A stretch of DNA of 64,000 nucleotides from Acidimicrobiia bacterium (GCA_045862915.1 BTVE01000001.1:4320-68319), one strand, 5' to 3'. Counted from the stretch's first letter, positions 48,595 to 59,220 are shown. A program made the numbers and translations. Notes: a model not told the origin generated them from the sequence alone.

Positions 48595-50130
48595 TCAGCG
48601 CAGGCGCGCGAGGGCGCGCGCGAGTTTGGCGATACCGTCCCGGATGTCGCGCTCGTGCAGGCCGCCGTAGCCGAGGATCACGCCCTCCCGGGTCCACGAT
48701 GGCCGCGCGGGATCGGCGTAAAACAGTGACAGCGGCGTCACCCTGATGCCGGCGGCCGCAGCGGCGTCGCAGGCATCGACTTCGCGCAACCCTTCGAGCC
48801 ACAACACCACCGCACGTCCCGCATCGGCAGGCTCGAGTTCGGCAAGGCCTGTCATGTGCTGCGCGACGGCGTCCTGCAGCGCTTCCAGCCGCGCGCGGTA
48901 GGCCGTCCGCACCCGGCGGATGTGCCGGTCAAAGTGGCCGTCGTTCAGAAAGTCGGCCACCACCGCTTGTTCCAGATACGGGGAACAGAAGTCCATCGAA
49001 CTGCGCACGGGTACACACGCGTCAATCAGCGATTCCGGCAGGATCAGGTAGCCGAGGCGAAGCGCTGGAAACAGCAGCTTCGTAAAGGTGCCCACGTGCA
49101 CGACCGAACCGGAACGGTCCTGCGCCTGCAACGCGGCGACCTGTCGGGCCGCATAGCGGAACTCGCTGTCGTAGTCGTCTTCCACGATCCATCGACGCGC
49201 GTCTCCGGCGGCCCACTGCAGCAGTTGCGCGCGCCTGGCCTCACTCATCACTCCGCCCAGCGGCATCTGCCTGGACGGCGTGACACAGGCAAGCCTGGCG
49301 CGAGGCGCGCGACGAATGCCCTCCTGCACCACCAATCCCTCAGCGTCCACGGGCACGGGCACGACGGTCGCGCCAGAGCCGGCAAAGGCCGCTCGCACAC
49401 CCGGATAGCCGGGGTCCTCCATCCAGATCGATTCACCGGGATCGGTCAGCAGGCGCGCCAGCAGGTCGAGGCCCTGCTGCGCGCCCTGCGTGATCACCAC
49501 CTGATCCGCGGTACACGACACACCACGCGCGCGCCCCACGTACGACGCCACGGCCTCGCGCAACTCACGCAGGCCGCGCGGATCGCCATACCCGATGGAG
49601 CGCGCCGTGATCCGGCGCCAGCGCCGCGCGACCAGCCGGCCCCAGACCTCCACCGGGAAGAGATCCACCGCTGGCTGGCCGGTCATGAACGCGCGAGGCG
49701 TGTCGTCACCGCGTGGATCCAGCGTCAGGGTGGGACGCGGCAACGCGGCCAGGACCCGCGCGCGGGCGGAGACCAGTGCGGGCTTCGGCTGACCCTTCGA
49801 TACCGGGCGCCGTGCAGGCCGGTGATCGACGCGCGACGAGACACGGGTGGTGCCGCCGGTGGTGGCATCGAGCAGCCCCTCGGCGCGCAGATGTTCGTAC
49901 GCCAACACGACAGTGGCTCGCGCAACTTTGAGATCGGCAGCCAGCCCACGCGTCGACGGCAGCTGCGCGTCTGGGCTGAGTCGGCCTTCTTCGATGGCGA
50001 ACCGCATCTGCCTGAGGATCTGTTCATGCAGCGGCACACGCGAGCGTCGGTCAAGTGTGACGAGCCACACCGGACCTGCCTGTCGTCGTGATCGGCGAAT
50101 CGCAGTTGTCACCTGCACACAGTGCCACAA
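48595..50130 (-). CDS. MocR/PdxR-type regulator (GntR wHTH fused to aminotransferase-like PLP domain)
   Basis: PLHEQILRQMRFAIEEGRL...LPSTRGLAADLKVARATVVLAYEHLRAEGLL, then an aminotransferase fold. The true start is probably downstream of 50130. Confidence 0.85.
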   Translation of the reverse strand: MWHCVQVTTAIRRSRRQAGPVWLVTLDRRSRVPLHEQILRQMRFAIEEGRLSPDAQLPSTRGLAADLKVARATVVLAYEHLRAEGLLDATTGGTTRVSSRVDHRPARRPVSKGQPKPALVSARARVLAALPRPTLTLDPRGDDTPRAFMTGQPAVDLFPVEVWGRLVARRWRRITARSIGYGDPRGLRELREAVASYVGRARGVSCTADQVVITQGAQQGLDLLARLLTDPGESIWMEDPGYPGVRAAFAGSGATVVPVPVDAEGLVVQEGIRRAPRARLACVTPSRQMPLGGVMSEARRAQLLQWAAGDARRWIVEDDYDSEFRYAARQVAALQAQDRSGSVVHVGTFTKLLFPALRLGYLILPESLIDACVPVRSSMDFCSPYLEQAVVADFLNDGHFDRHIRRVRTAYRARLEALQDAVAQHMTGLAELEPADAGRAVVLWLEGLREVDACDAAAAAGIRVTPLSLFYADPARPSWTREGVILGYGGLHERDIRDGIAKLARALARLR

Positions 50131-50207
50131 GTGGACTGGCCGATGCGGGCCGCTCGAAGCGCTGCGCGGCTGAACACCACGCAGCGCTTTCGACGGGACG
50201 GGCGGAA

Positions 50208-50411
50208 CTAGCGCTGAAGGTTCTTGCCGGCGTTTTCCATGCGCTCACCAACCTCGCGCTGGACCTTGCCGACGCCTTCCTGGACCTTGCCCTTGGTCTG
50301 GTCCATCTGGCCTTCGTCCTTCATGTTGGGATCGTCGGTCACATGGCCGACGCCTTCCTTCACCTTGCCCTTGACCTGGTCCATCTTTCCTTCGCGTTCG
50401 TTCTTGTTCAT
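50208..50411 (-). CDS. CsbD family stress protein
   Basis: GKMDQVKGKVKEGVGHVTDDPNMKDEGQMDQTKGKVQEGVGKV repeats. Strong SD AAGGAG before ATG 50411. Confidence 0.85.
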   Translation of the reverse strand: MNKNEREGKMDQVKGKVKEGVGHVTDDPNMKDEGQMDQTKGKVQEGVGKVQREVGERMENAGKNLQR

Positions 50412-50565
50412 GGCAATTTCTCCTTTTGTCATGCCGTGAATTGGCATCACCGGACTTCATTGCACGCGGCGTACCAGGTCTGAGCAGGGCCGCATCGGCA
50501 GATCGTGACGGCTTGACACGCTTCAGATGGCACTCGTCTTGCTCATGTGTGGCGTGGAGGTGCAC

Positions 50566-50775
50566 ATGAGGTTGCTCGGGGTCATTCTGATCGTGGTTGG
50601 GGCCGCGATGCTGGTTTATGGCGGGTTCTCCTTCACCCGCAACGACACGGTCATCGACGCAGGACCGATTGAAGTCAACGCCGAAAAGGAAGAACACGTG
50701 CCGTTCTCTCCGATCCTGGGCGGCATCGTGCTCGCGACCGGCGCCGTGCTCGTGATTCGCAAGCCGCGCGGGTAG
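50566..50775 (+). CDS. Small two-TM membrane protein
   Basis: MRLLGVILIVVGAAMLVYGG ... ILGGIVLATGAVLVI. SD GGAGG lies 5 nt before ATG 50566. Confidence 0.55.
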   Translation: MRLLGVILIVVGAAMLVYGGFSFTRNDTVIDAGPIEVNAEKEEHVPFSPILGGIVLATGAVLVIRKPRG

Positions 50776-50817
50776 AGCACGGTTGATTTAGGGGCAAACC
50801 TTTTTGTCTTGGACTCC

Positions 50818-50840
50818 GTCCCATCAGCAACTGATGGGAC
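50818..50840. promoter_or_regulatory. Perfect 10-3-10 palindrome GTCCCATCAG-CAA-CTGATGGGAC covering the PadR start codon
   Basis: Read directly. ATG 50834 lies in the right arm. Confidence 0.4.
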
Positions 50841-51172
50841 TCACCAACACGGCTTCCGATCTGATTCCCGGCACCCTCGAGCTGCTGGTACTCAAGGCCC
50901 TGGTGTCCGGATCCAAACATGGATACGGCATCGTCGAGCATCTGCGTTTTGCCTCTGGCGACATCCTTGAGATCGGCGAAAGCGCGCTGTATCCCGCGCT
51001 GCAGCGGCTGCTGCTCAACGGCTGGGTGCGCGGCGAATGGGGCGCGTCGGAGAACAACCGACGCGCGAAGTTCTACTCCCTCACACCGGCAGGACGCCGG
51101 CATCTCGAACGTGAACGGGCCGAGTTCGACCGCATGGTGGGATTGATTCACCGTGTGCTTGACGCCGTCTGA
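50834..51172 (+). CDS. PadR family transcriptional regulator
   Basis: LIPGTLELLVLKALVSGSKHGYGIVEHL...LYPALQRLLLNGWVRGEW. Confidence 0.9.
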   Translation: MGLTNTASDLIPGTLELLVLKALVSGSKHGYGIVEHLRFASGDILEIGESALYPALQRLLLNGWVRGEWGASENNRRAKFYSLTPAGRRHLERERAEFDRMVGLIHRVLDAV

Positions 51173-51189
51173 GCGCTGGAGACACGACG

Positions 51190-53820
51190 ATGATGGGCAG
51201 GCTGTGGCGGCGACTGGTCTTTTGGTGGCATCGCGATCGGATCGAGGCGGAACTGCGCGAGGAGATCGAAACACATCGTGCGCTGCGCGAGTCGGCGCTG
51301 CGACGACGTGACGACGTCCAGCCAGAGGTATCGAGTCGGCGCGTAATGGGCAACGACACGTTGGCACGAGAGGACGCCCGGGGCGTGTGGATCGCACCCT
51401 GGTGTGAGAGCGTGCTGCTCGACAGTCGTCAGGGCCTGCGGTCGCTCGGCCGCCGTCCTGCCGCCACAGCGGCCATCTTTCTCACGATCGCCGTCGGCAC
51501 CGCAGCATTAACGACCGCCGTCGCGGTCGCGCACACGGTCCTGCTGAAAGACACGCCGTACGCCAACGCCGAACGGGTCGTGCAACTGCTGCAGGTGCGT
51601 GACGGCCGCGGACGTTCGGACGTCGCATGGGCCGACATCGACGCCATACGGAGGGCCGGCATCTTCGAGCACGTGTCGTTTGCGTGGCTGCGCTCAGTCA
51701 GCCTTGCCGGCGATCAGCTGCCCGAGAATGCGCGTGGCGTCTACACGGATGCCGAACTCTTCCCGCTGCTCGGTACCGCGCCGCTGCTCGGCAGGTGGCC
51801 ATCGAGAACCGACGAACAGGACAACACCCGGCCCGTCGTGATCTCCCACGCATTGTGGCAGCGTCGTTACCAGCTGGATCCAGCCGCGATTGGATCAACG
51901 GTCCACATCAACGGCGATCCCCACGTCATCGTGGCGGTGATGCCTGAGCCGTTCCGTTTTCCTTCCCCATATTACGTATGGGGGGACCTCTGGTTGCTGC
52001 GTCAGCCGGGGCACCCCACCTTCACGGAACCCACGCGGCCGATGGTGCTGTCGTTCGCGCTCTTGCAGAAGGGGCAATCGCGGCAGCAGGCGCAGACCCG
52101 CCTGGACGCTGTGGCCGCGTCGCTGGAGGAAGCTCATCCGGACTCACATGGCGGAGTCGGACTGCGCGTCACCGAATGGGCGGCTTCGCTCAGGCGCAAC
52201 GCACGCCCCACGCTGTTGATGCTGCTGGCGGCCGCCGCTGCGGTCTTTCTCATCGTCTGCATCAATGTCGTCAATCTGCTGCTCTGTCGCGGCCTCGATC
52301 GCTCGGCCGAACTGGCGACACGTATCTCGCTGGGAGCCGGAGGCGCGAGGCTCGTGCGGCAGCTGCTGACGGAGACACTCCTGCTGTTTGGCGCCGCCGG
52401 ACTCTGCGGAATTGCGCTGGCAGCATGGATCACGTCGATCGTGGCGTCGAGTGCGCCATTCGACATTGCCAGAATGCGCGAAGCAGCGCTGACGTGGCCC
52501 ATCGGCCTGATCGGCCTCATCGTCACGATGGTGGCCGGCGGCATCGTAGGACTGGTCCCGGCGCGGCGCGCGGTGCGAGGCGCGAGACAGCATGCCCTGA
52601 CCAGTCGCAGTGCCACTGCGCATCGACACGGGCGCCGCATGCAGCAGAGTTTGATTGCGGCGGAGATTGCCATGGCGACGGCCCTTGGGTGCGGAGCGGT
52701 GAGCATCGCGATCCACGCATCACGCCAAGCCGCCATTGACGCGGGCTTTGACACCACCAATCTCGTGCAGGCGCGCATGGCCGTGCCGCCTGAACGATAT
52801 CCGGACTACGCGGCTGAGGCTTCGGTGCTTCAAGAATTGCTGCTGCGTCTGCGGTCACACCCGGCAATTGCCTCGGCGGCCGTCGTCGATTTGCCGCCGG
52901 GAGTGGCGGGCAGCGCCCAGCCGGCAGTCTTGCTCGGGACCGATCCTCGTCCTCAACGCGTGCAGGACCTGCGGTCTGCGGCCTTGCGTGTGGTCAGTGA
53001 CGGCTACTTCGAGACCTTGCGGCTGATGCCGCGCTCAGGTCGGCTGCTGCGATCGGGCAGCGTCGAGTCCGCACCCGTCGCGGTAGTGAACGAAACGTTC
53101 GTGCGGACGCATCTGGACGGTCGCGACCCTCTGACATCGCAGCTCTACGTGACGTTTGATGGGATTGCCGCGCTCGAATCCACGCCGCGTCTGGTCGTGG
53201 GCGTCGTGCCAGACATCCCCGAAGACGTGTTGCACAAGCCCGCGCCGCCCGCCGTGTACGTGCCGGTTGGCCAAGGTCCTGGGGGCAGGATGGCGATTGT
53301 GGCCCGTGGGCGGCAATCGACGGACCTGGGTACTGTCATTCGTGAAGCACTGGCCGCGACCCTGCCCAATACCGCGGTGAATGGTCTGGTCATGCCGCTT
53401 GGCGAACTCATGTCCAGTGAGTTCGCACGGACGCGGGCCAGCCTGCGCATGGTCGGCGCCCTCGCCATCGTCGCCCTCGGATTGGCTGTGGTTGGCGTGT
53501 ATGGCGTCATCGCACACGGCATCCAGCACCGGACACGCGAGTTCGGCATCCGACTGGCCCTCGGCATGACGCCGTCGGGTGTGCGACGCATGGTTCTGCG
53601 TGAGGGGGCATGGCTGCTGATCGTCGGGCTGTCATTGGGGAGCGTCGCCGCCACGTGGCTTGGGCCATCCGTGCGAGCGCTCGTCGTCGGTGCCGATCAA
53701 CTCCCTGTCGTCCTGGCTCTCGTGGTCGTTATCGCTATCCTGCTGGTGACCGTCATGGCCGGCTGCGATATTCCGGCCCGGCGGGCGGCGCGGGTGGATC
53801 CGTCATCGGCGTTGCGCTGA
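51190..53820 (+). CDS. ADOP-family duplicated permease with N-terminal prefix
   Basis: 876 aa. Prefix ~75 aa, two FtsX blocks and C-terminal PARRAARVDPSSALR. Confidence 0.9.
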   Translation: MMGRLWRRLVFWWHRDRIEAELREEIETHRALRESALRRRDDVQPEVSSRRVMGNDTLAREDARGVWIAPWCESVLLDSRQGLRSLGRRPAATAAIFLTIAVGTAALTTAVAVAHTVLLKDTPYANAERVVQLLQVRDGRGRSDVAWADIDAIRRAGIFEHVSFAWLRSVSLAGDQLPENARGVYTDAELFPLLGTAPLLGRWPSRTDEQDNTRPVVISHALWQRRYQLDPAAIGSTVHINGDPHVIVAVMPEPFRFPSPYYVWGDLWLLRQPGHPTFTEPTRPMVLSFALLQKGQSRQQAQTRLDAVAASLEEAHPDSHGGVGLRVTEWAASLRRNARPTLLMLLAAAAAVFLIVCINVVNLLLCRGLDRSAELATRISLGAGGARLVRQLLTETLLLFGAAGLCGIALAAWITSIVASSAPFDIARMREAALTWPIGLIGLIVTMVAGGIVGLVPARRAVRGARQHALTSRSATAHRHGRRMQQSLIAAEIAMATALGCGAVSIAIHASRQAAIDAGFDTTNLVQARMAVPPERYPDYAAEASVLQELLLRLRSHPAIASAAVVDLPPGVAGSAQPAVLLGTDPRPQRVQDLRSAALRVVSDGYFETLRLMPRSGRLLRSGSVESAPVAVVNETFVRTHLDGRDPLTSQLYVTFDGIAALESTPRLVVGVVPDIPEDVLHKPAPPAVYVPVGQGPGGRMAIVARGRQSTDLGTVIREALAATLPNTAVNGLVMPLGELMSSEFARTRASLRMVGALAIVALGLAVVGVYGVIAHGIQHRTREFGIRLALGMTPSGVRRMVLREGAWLLIVGLSLGSVAATWLGPSVRALVVGADQLPVVLALVVVIAILLVTVMAGCDIPARRAARVDPSSALR

Positions 53821-54438
53821 CTGGGGAGCAGGAAGGGTGATGCTGACGCCCGCCGTCACCGTTGGCATCCGGAAGGAGACCAGGTGTTGGAGCGGCCCGA
53901 CCACACCGACGGTGCCGAACAGACCGACGCGGCTAGTCATTGGAACGTGGAGGCCGGCCGAAATCTCGGAGAGAAAGCCAATGCTCGAACTCTGGCCGGC
54001 TGATTCTCGCCGCCCGTACGCGTCGTCGATCGTGACCGTCGAACGGCTCTTGGTCACCCCGACACCAAGAAGAGCCTGCAACGACACGGTCGCTTTGGGA
54101 AGGCGGCCCTCAAGCCTGGCGCCGCCGCTGACCGTGAACAGGGACTCCCTCCCTTCGCGCGAATACGACCCGACCGCGCTGGTTTCGTGATCGTCAGTTG
54201 ACGCTGACGCTCCGGTCGCTCGCACGACTAGCGCCAACGGGGATTGCCGCCGGAACACAAGGCTGGCCATCACCTGGTGCCGGGCATCGTGCTCCACGAA
54301 CCATCCGGCATAGCCGGCTTCCACGTCGCGGGAAACCTGAGCCGTCGCAGCTGGAGCCGCGGTCTGCCCCCAGGCCAGTGTCGGAACCCCCATCAGCACA
54401 ACCACCAATCCCACAATCCACCGTCCCTGTAGTGCCAT
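53803..54438 (-). CDS. Outer-membrane beta-barrel protein (small porin/OmpA-like barrel family)
   Basis: Signal peptide MALQGRWIVGLVVVLMGVPTLAWGQ. Alternating amphipathic strands. SD GGAGG before ATG 54438. 18-nt convergent overlap with the ADOP. Confidence 0.6.
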   Translation of the reverse strand: MALQGRWIVGLVVVLMGVPTLAWGQTAAPAATAQVSRDVEAGYAGWFVEHDARHQVMASLVFRRQSPLALVVRATGASASTDDHETSAVGSYSREGRESLFTVSGGARLEGRLPKATVSLQALLGVGVTKSRSTVTIDDAYGRRESAGQSSSIGFLSEISAGLHVPMTSRVGLFGTVGVVGPLQHLVSFRMPTVTAGVSITLPAPQSAQRR

Positions 54439-54515
54439 GTGCGCCTCCGTCAGGGAATGCGCAAATGTCCGGAATCGGGGCTCAAGTCGCACGGAGCCAA
54501 CCTTCCGGCTGCGAC

Positions 54516-54536
54516 ATACGTCGAAGCTCGACGTAT
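54516..54536. promoter_or_regulatory. Perfect 9-3-9 palindrome ATACGTCGA-AGC-TCGACGTAT, 7 nt upstream of the PadR ATG
   Basis: Read directly. Confidence 0.4.
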
Positions 54537-54542
54537 CGACCT

Positions 54543-54902
54543 ATGACGCAACGAGCCTCGACTGATCCGCGACGTTTCCTGCCCCTGTCGGCCCAGCAGT
54601 TCCACATCCTCCTGGCCCTCGCGCGGGAAGACCGCCACGGCTACGGCATCATCCTCGACGTGGCCGAGCGAACCGGTGGCCAGCTCCGCCTGGGCACCGG
54701 CACCCTGTACACGGCGATAGGCCGGCTGACCACCTTGGGCCTGATTGAAGACACCGGTCTCGACGATGGCCCGCGTCGTCACTATCACCTGACACCCCTC
54801 GGGCGGCAGGTGCTGCAGGCCGAAGCCGATCGCCTCGAGGCACTGGCGCGTCTCGCACGTCAGGAAGGCATCAAGCCGCTCACCGCAAAGGTGCGGCCAT
54901 GA
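54543..54902 (+). CDS. PadR family transcriptional regulator
   Basis: LSAQQFHILLALAREDRHGYGIILDV...LYTAIGRLTTLGLIE. The track extension from 54198 is rejected. ATGA overlap with the ADOP. Confidence 0.9.
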   Translation: MTQRASTDPRRFLPLSAQQFHILLALAREDRHGYGIILDVAERTGGQLRLGTGTLYTAIGRLTTLGLIEDTGLDDGPRRHYHLTPLGRQVLQAEADRLEALARLARQEGIKPLTAKVRP

Positions 54903-57505
54903 TGCGTCGATTCGTGGAAAGGCTCGCGCGTGGCTGCCACGCGGTGCTGCTCCGTCTGGCGCCAAAGGACGTGCGGAACACATACGGCACGCAGATGCGC
55001 GACACCTTCGCGGAGCAGGTGGCGGCCGCGCGCTCGATGTTCGCGATTCCAGTGGTCGCACTGCGGGAAGCGAACGATCTGTGGCGCGCAAGACGCGGCA
55101 CCGACGCGACGACGAACTCGAGCGGCCGCTGGCTGCCGATTCCGCCCGGGCTCTGGCGCGGCCTCCGGCGTCGCCCAGGTTACGCACTTGCCGTCATTGC
55201 CACACTCGGCCTTGGCACGGCCGGTACAACGACGCTCTTCTCCATCGTCGACACAGTGTTCATCAGTCCGCTGCCGTTTCCCGATGCGGATCGACTCGTC
55301 ACGGTGGCCGAGGCCAGCCCCAAGGCACCCGGCCAGGCGACGCTGGCCGCCCCTGCACGTATCGACGACTGGCATCGCCTGAACACGACGATGGTGGGGA
55401 TCGCGGCGTCGTACTCCGAAAACGTCACGGACACGAGCGGAGTTGATCCGGAGCGACTGGATACCCGCCGCGTCACACCGCGGTTCTTCGAGGTCTTCGG
55501 AATGGCCCCGCTTGCGGGACGCACCTTCACGGCTGACGAAGAGGTGTTCGGCGGCCCGGGTGCGGCGGTGCTGAGCGAAACGTTCTGGAGGCGGCGTTTT
55601 GCAGGGGATGCACGTGCCGTAGGTCAACGCCTGACCATCGGTGGTCGACCCTACACCATCGTCGGCGTCATGCCCCGCGCGTTTTCGGCGGCAGCCACCG
55701 ACGCGTGGTTGCCGGCGCAGATTCATCCCTCGTTGATGGGTATGCGGGACGCGCGATTTGTATCCGGGGTGGGCCGGCTGAAGCCGGACGTCTCGATCGA
55801 ACAGGCGCGAGCGGATCTCGACCGCGTTCAGCAGCAGCTGGGCGACCAGTTCCCCGCGACCGATGCCGGCTGGACGGCGGTCCTTGCCGACTTGAAGGCA
55901 GCGCGGGTGGGATCCGGACGCACGTTGTGGCTGATCTTCGCGGCCGTCGGACTGGTGTGGCTCATCGGTGTGGCCAACGTCGCGAGCCTGGTGATTGTGC
56001 AGGTGCAGCGCCGGACGCGCGAGTTCGCGATTCGCGCAGCGCTGGGCAGTTCCCGGCGCCAGCTGATTGCCCATGTCGGGACCGAAGTGCTGATCCTTGC
56101 GCTGGCGGGCGGGGGGCTGGGACTCGTGGCCGCGTCGTGGGCGGTCGCGGCGATGCCGTCACTGTTTGAGGCACTGCCGCGTCAGAACGAGTTGGGCCTT
56201 GATACGCGCGCGGTGTTGTTCACCCTGTCGGTCAGCGTTGCGGCCGCTGTGGCATGCGGGATGATCCCGGCCATCCTGTCGACGCGTGGTGTCACTGACG
56301 TCGGGCGGGCAGGTCGCGGCACGGTGGTGTCGTCGCACTGGACGCAACGCGGACTGGTCGTCCTGCAGGTGGCATTCGGGGTGGTGCTCTGCGCGTCGGC
56401 GGGGCTGCTGGTTGGCAGTTATCTCCAACTCACGCAGGAGGAGCGGGGGTTCTCCACTGATGGCGTGCTCACGTTTCACGTTGGCGCGCGATGGGATGAA
56501 GACCGCGAGCAGGTTGGTCGAATGCAGATCGCGTTGCTTGAGCGCCTTGCGGCCATGCCCGGCGTCACATCCGCCGGGTTCGTGAATTTTCTTCCATCGC
56601 CCGGAGGCAGCCTTCGGTATCAGGTCGAAGTGGATGGTCTGGCCAACAGTCAGGGCGAACGTGCGTTGTCTGTTGGTGCGCGTATGGTCGCGGGTGGCTA
56701 CTTCAAGGCGCTGAACGTGTCGCTCATCGCTGGAGAAGGCTGCGGGGCGATGCACACGGATCCGGAGCGTCCTCGAACCGCGCTGGTGAATGAACAGTTC
56801 GTCGAGACATATGCCGGCGGCGGGTCGGTCATAGGGCGGCAGCTGCGCGTGCTTGCCGGAATGCCGCTGCCATACACCATTGCCGGTGTCGTACCGAACC
56901 TGGCGGAGGATGGCGTCCACGTCGCGCGCGCGCCTTTTGTCTACACCTGCGATCAGGCCGGGGCATGGCCGGACCCGAACTACGTCGTCCGGTCAGCCGA
57001 CACCTCGACGCTGGCAGCGCAGCTGCGGTCGGTGGTGCGTGAGGTCGACCCGTCGCGCGCAGTGTTTGAGCTGAGGCCGCTTGAGTCAGCCATGCGTGAT
57101 GCGATCGCGGAGCCCCGGCAGCAGGCAGGACTGGTCTCCGCTTTCGCGCTCACGGCGTTGCTGCTCACGGCGCTGGGGTTGTACGCGCTGCTGGCGCGAA
57201 TGGTGGCAGACACGCGGCGGGAAATTGGTGTGCGTCTGGCGCTGGGCGCCTCGCGCTCGCACGTCGTACGGCTGATTGCCGGCCATGCGAGCCTGCTGCT
57301 TGCGGTGGGCTTTGCTGCGGGCATCGGCCTCACCGTGCTGGCGTACCGCGCACTGCACGCGTCATTGTTCGGAGCGGTGAGCGGCAATGCCGGAGCATTG
57401 GCGGCCATCGTCGGCACGCTGGTGGTGGTCTGTGCGGTTGCCGTGGTCGTGCCCGCGTTGCGAGCGTCGCGTGTTGATCCGACCGAAGCGCTGGCCGGCG
57501 ACTGA
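54899..57505 (+). CDS. ADOP-family duplicated permease with N-terminal prefix
   Basis: 868 aa. LWRGLRRRPGY at aa ~85-95, two FtsX blocks and C-terminal ALRASRVDPTEALAGD. Confidence 0.9.
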   Translation: MMRRFVERLARGCHAVLLRLAPKDVRNTYGTQMRDTFAEQVAAARSMFAIPVVALREANDLWRARRGTDATTNSSGRWLPIPPGLWRGLRRRPGYALAVIATLGLGTAGTTTLFSIVDTVFISPLPFPDADRLVTVAEASPKAPGQATLAAPARIDDWHRLNTTMVGIAASYSENVTDTSGVDPERLDTRRVTPRFFEVFGMAPLAGRTFTADEEVFGGPGAAVLSETFWRRRFAGDARAVGQRLTIGGRPYTIVGVMPRAFSAAATDAWLPAQIHPSLMGMRDARFVSGVGRLKPDVSIEQARADLDRVQQQLGDQFPATDAGWTAVLADLKAARVGSGRTLWLIFAAVGLVWLIGVANVASLVIVQVQRRTREFAIRAALGSSRRQLIAHVGTEVLILALAGGGLGLVAASWAVAAMPSLFEALPRQNELGLDTRAVLFTLSVSVAAAVACGMIPAILSTRGVTDVGRAGRGTVVSSHWTQRGLVVLQVAFGVVLCASAGLLVGSYLQLTQEERGFSTDGVLTFHVGARWDEDREQVGRMQIALLERLAAMPGVTSAGFVNFLPSPGGSLRYQVEVDGLANSQGERALSVGARMVAGGYFKALNVSLIAGEGCGAMHTDPERPRTALVNEQFVETYAGGGSVIGRQLRVLAGMPLPYTIAGVVPNLAEDGVHVARAPFVYTCDQAGAWPDPNYVVRSADTSTLAAQLRSVVREVDPSRAVFELRPLESAMRDAIAEPRQQAGLVSAFALTALLLTALGLYALLARMVADTRREIGVRLALGASRSHVVRLIAGHASLLLAVGFAAGIGLTVLAYRALHASLFGAVSGNAGALAAIVGTLVVVCAVAVVVPALRASRVDPTEALAGD

Positions 57506-57511
57506 TCGACG

Positions 57512-57847
57512 CTACGCGCTGCCCTTGCGGGCCAACGTGCGGAAGTGCACTTCTGCGTAAGCCACGCCGCCGGTCTCGTCGAGATTGATGACGAAGTCGT
57601 AGCCATCCTGCTCGAGTTTCGACTGGACGTGATCCACGACCCGCATGGCGAGGGGGCTCAGCTGGTCTCTCGTCTTGTCGGGTTCGGCAAGCAGGGTGAC
57701 CCACGCCTCGCGCTGCCCGCGAGACGGCTTTTTCGCCACCTGGTAGCCATTACGGCACTTGTGGAGGATGTAGGCCTTCAGCTCATCTTCGGGCAGGTCC
57801 TTTACACGATCCCAGGACTCCACCCATCGTCTCGTTCGCGGCAGCAT
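57512..57847 (-). CDS. Hypothetical cytoplasmic protein (111 aa)
   Basis: Coding-like composition. Begins 21 nt downstream of the PepSY gene on the same strand. No family recognised. Confidence 0.5.
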   Translation of the reverse strand: MLPRTRRWVESWDRVKDLPEDELKAYILHKCRNGYQVAKKPSRGQREAWVTLLAEPDKTRDQLSPLAMRVVDHVQSKLEQDGYDFVINLDETGGVAYAEVHFRTLARKGSA

Positions 57848-57868
57848 GGCGCCGACTATTGTCGCACC

Positions 57869-59083
57869 TTAGGCGGCGCGTTGGACCTTCTGCTTGTCCG
57901 GGAGGGAACCACCTCGACGCCGGCGAATCCACGCGACCAGCCGACGCCAGGACAACGCAAGTCCGGTGTAAACCAGCACGACGGAAAACGCCGAGACGAG
58001 GCCGGCAATGGTCTGACCAGTCAATCCGCCAGCTTCACCCGTATGCGCAAAACGCAGGATGGAACGAAGTTGCCGACCGGGCGACTGATCGGAGAACGGC
58101 GCATAGGACTCAACGAGACCTGTCGACTGTGAGAGTGTGAGCGTGGCGCGTTTGTGCGGCTGCCCGCCGTCGCCGCGGTCGATCGTAAAGACCGCAGGGG
58201 CGTCCGGCCCGGCAGGCACACGCATCGACAGGATGTTCCAGTCGGCGGTATGGAGGCGCGCGGTGGTTGCCAGCACTGAAAGCACCACCGGGGTGTCCGT
58301 CGCCGGCGGCTCGGGGATTTCGCGAGGCGTGGAGGGAGCAGCCGACTGCGTGCGCGCCGGTGGCTCTTCTCCCATCATCCGGTAGACCCCGTTGCTTGCC
58401 CAGGGGTACGAGATGACCACGCCCGAATACACAACGAGCGCCAGCGGAATCGCGGACCAGAACCCGAGTGTGTTGTGCCAGTTGAAGTCGCGAGCCTTCG
58501 ACGAAAGGCCTCCACGGAACCACGTAATCTGCCGCAACTGTGTCCACGTGAGCGAGCGTGGCCACCACAGGTACAGGCCGCTGATCACGATGAACAGAAA
58601 CAGAAGGTTTGCGGCGCCGGTGATCGCGCGACCGGTCGTCCGTTGATCTCCAGTCATCGCCAGCCATCGGTGCCAGCCGACCATCGAACTGAAGAACGCG
58701 CGCATCGACTGGCCGGTGCCTTCACCGTAGACGTGACCGGTGTACGGATTCGCGTAGTACGTCTTGTTCCCCACCGCCACCGCAACCGGCAGGTCGGCAT
58801 CAGCGCGCCACGTGACGTTCGTGACCTTGGCAGGCGCATCAGTCGACAGCTGCGACTCCACTGTGGCAATCAGGTTTTCAGGTGCGAGCGGCATTTCGCC
58901 TGCACTGGGTTCGGCCCGAAAGTGCCTGGTATCTGCCCAGTACTGCATCTGGCGCTGGTAGGTCAGCGCAACGCCGGTCACCGACATCACGATGATGATG
59001 ACGGCGGCGGCCACACCCGCAATCAAGTGCGACCAGAAGAGCAGGGAGCGGAGAACGCGAAGCGGACGAACCATCGAACCCAT
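57869..59083 (-). CDS. PepSY-associated TM helix domain protein (PiuB-like)
   Basis: LRSLLFWSHLIAGVAAAVIIIVMSVTGVALTY N-terminus, ..WHRWL.. and ..LRFAHTGEAGG.. motifs, 4 TM segments. ATG 59083 chosen. Confidence 0.8.
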   Translation of the reverse strand: MGSMVRPLRVLRSLLFWSHLIAGVAAAVIIIVMSVTGVALTYQRQMQYWADTRHFRAEPSAGEMPLAPENLIATVESQLSTDAPAKVTNVTWRADADLPVAVAVGNKTYYANPYTGHVYGEGTGQSMRAFFSSMVGWHRWLAMTGDQRTTGRAITGAANLLFLFIVISGLYLWWPRSLTWTQLRQITWFRGGLSSKARDFNWHNTLGFWSAIPLALVVYSGVVISYPWASNGVYRMMGEEPPARTQSAAPSTPREIPEPPATDTPVVLSVLATTARLHTADWNILSMRVPAGPDAPAVFTIDRGDGGQPHKRATLTLSQSTGLVESYAPFSDQSPGRQLRSILRFAHTGEAGGLTGQTIAGLVSAFSVVLVYTGLALSWRRLVAWIRRRRGGSLPDKQKVQRAA

Positions 59084-59220
59084 GGCCTTTCGGGCAGAGC
59101 GGCACGACCGCCATGGGCACACGGCGCGATTCCCGGAAGTGTTCCGGTAGAATCGGACTGCCGAATGCGTCACGCGCCTCGTGCGTGTGAGTGGGGTCTC
59201 GCCGACCTGGTATTCGGTAT

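Noticed and set aside
54198-54542. N-terminal extensions of PadR 54543, VapC (24388-24510), the serine hydrolase (36122-36470), PadR (1673-1717, 29417-29494c) and CopD2 (47347-47637).
   Set aside because: The conserved domains start at the internal start codons, which also give ATGA/GTGA coupling or RBS/-10 signals. The extensions overlap other genes or repeats.
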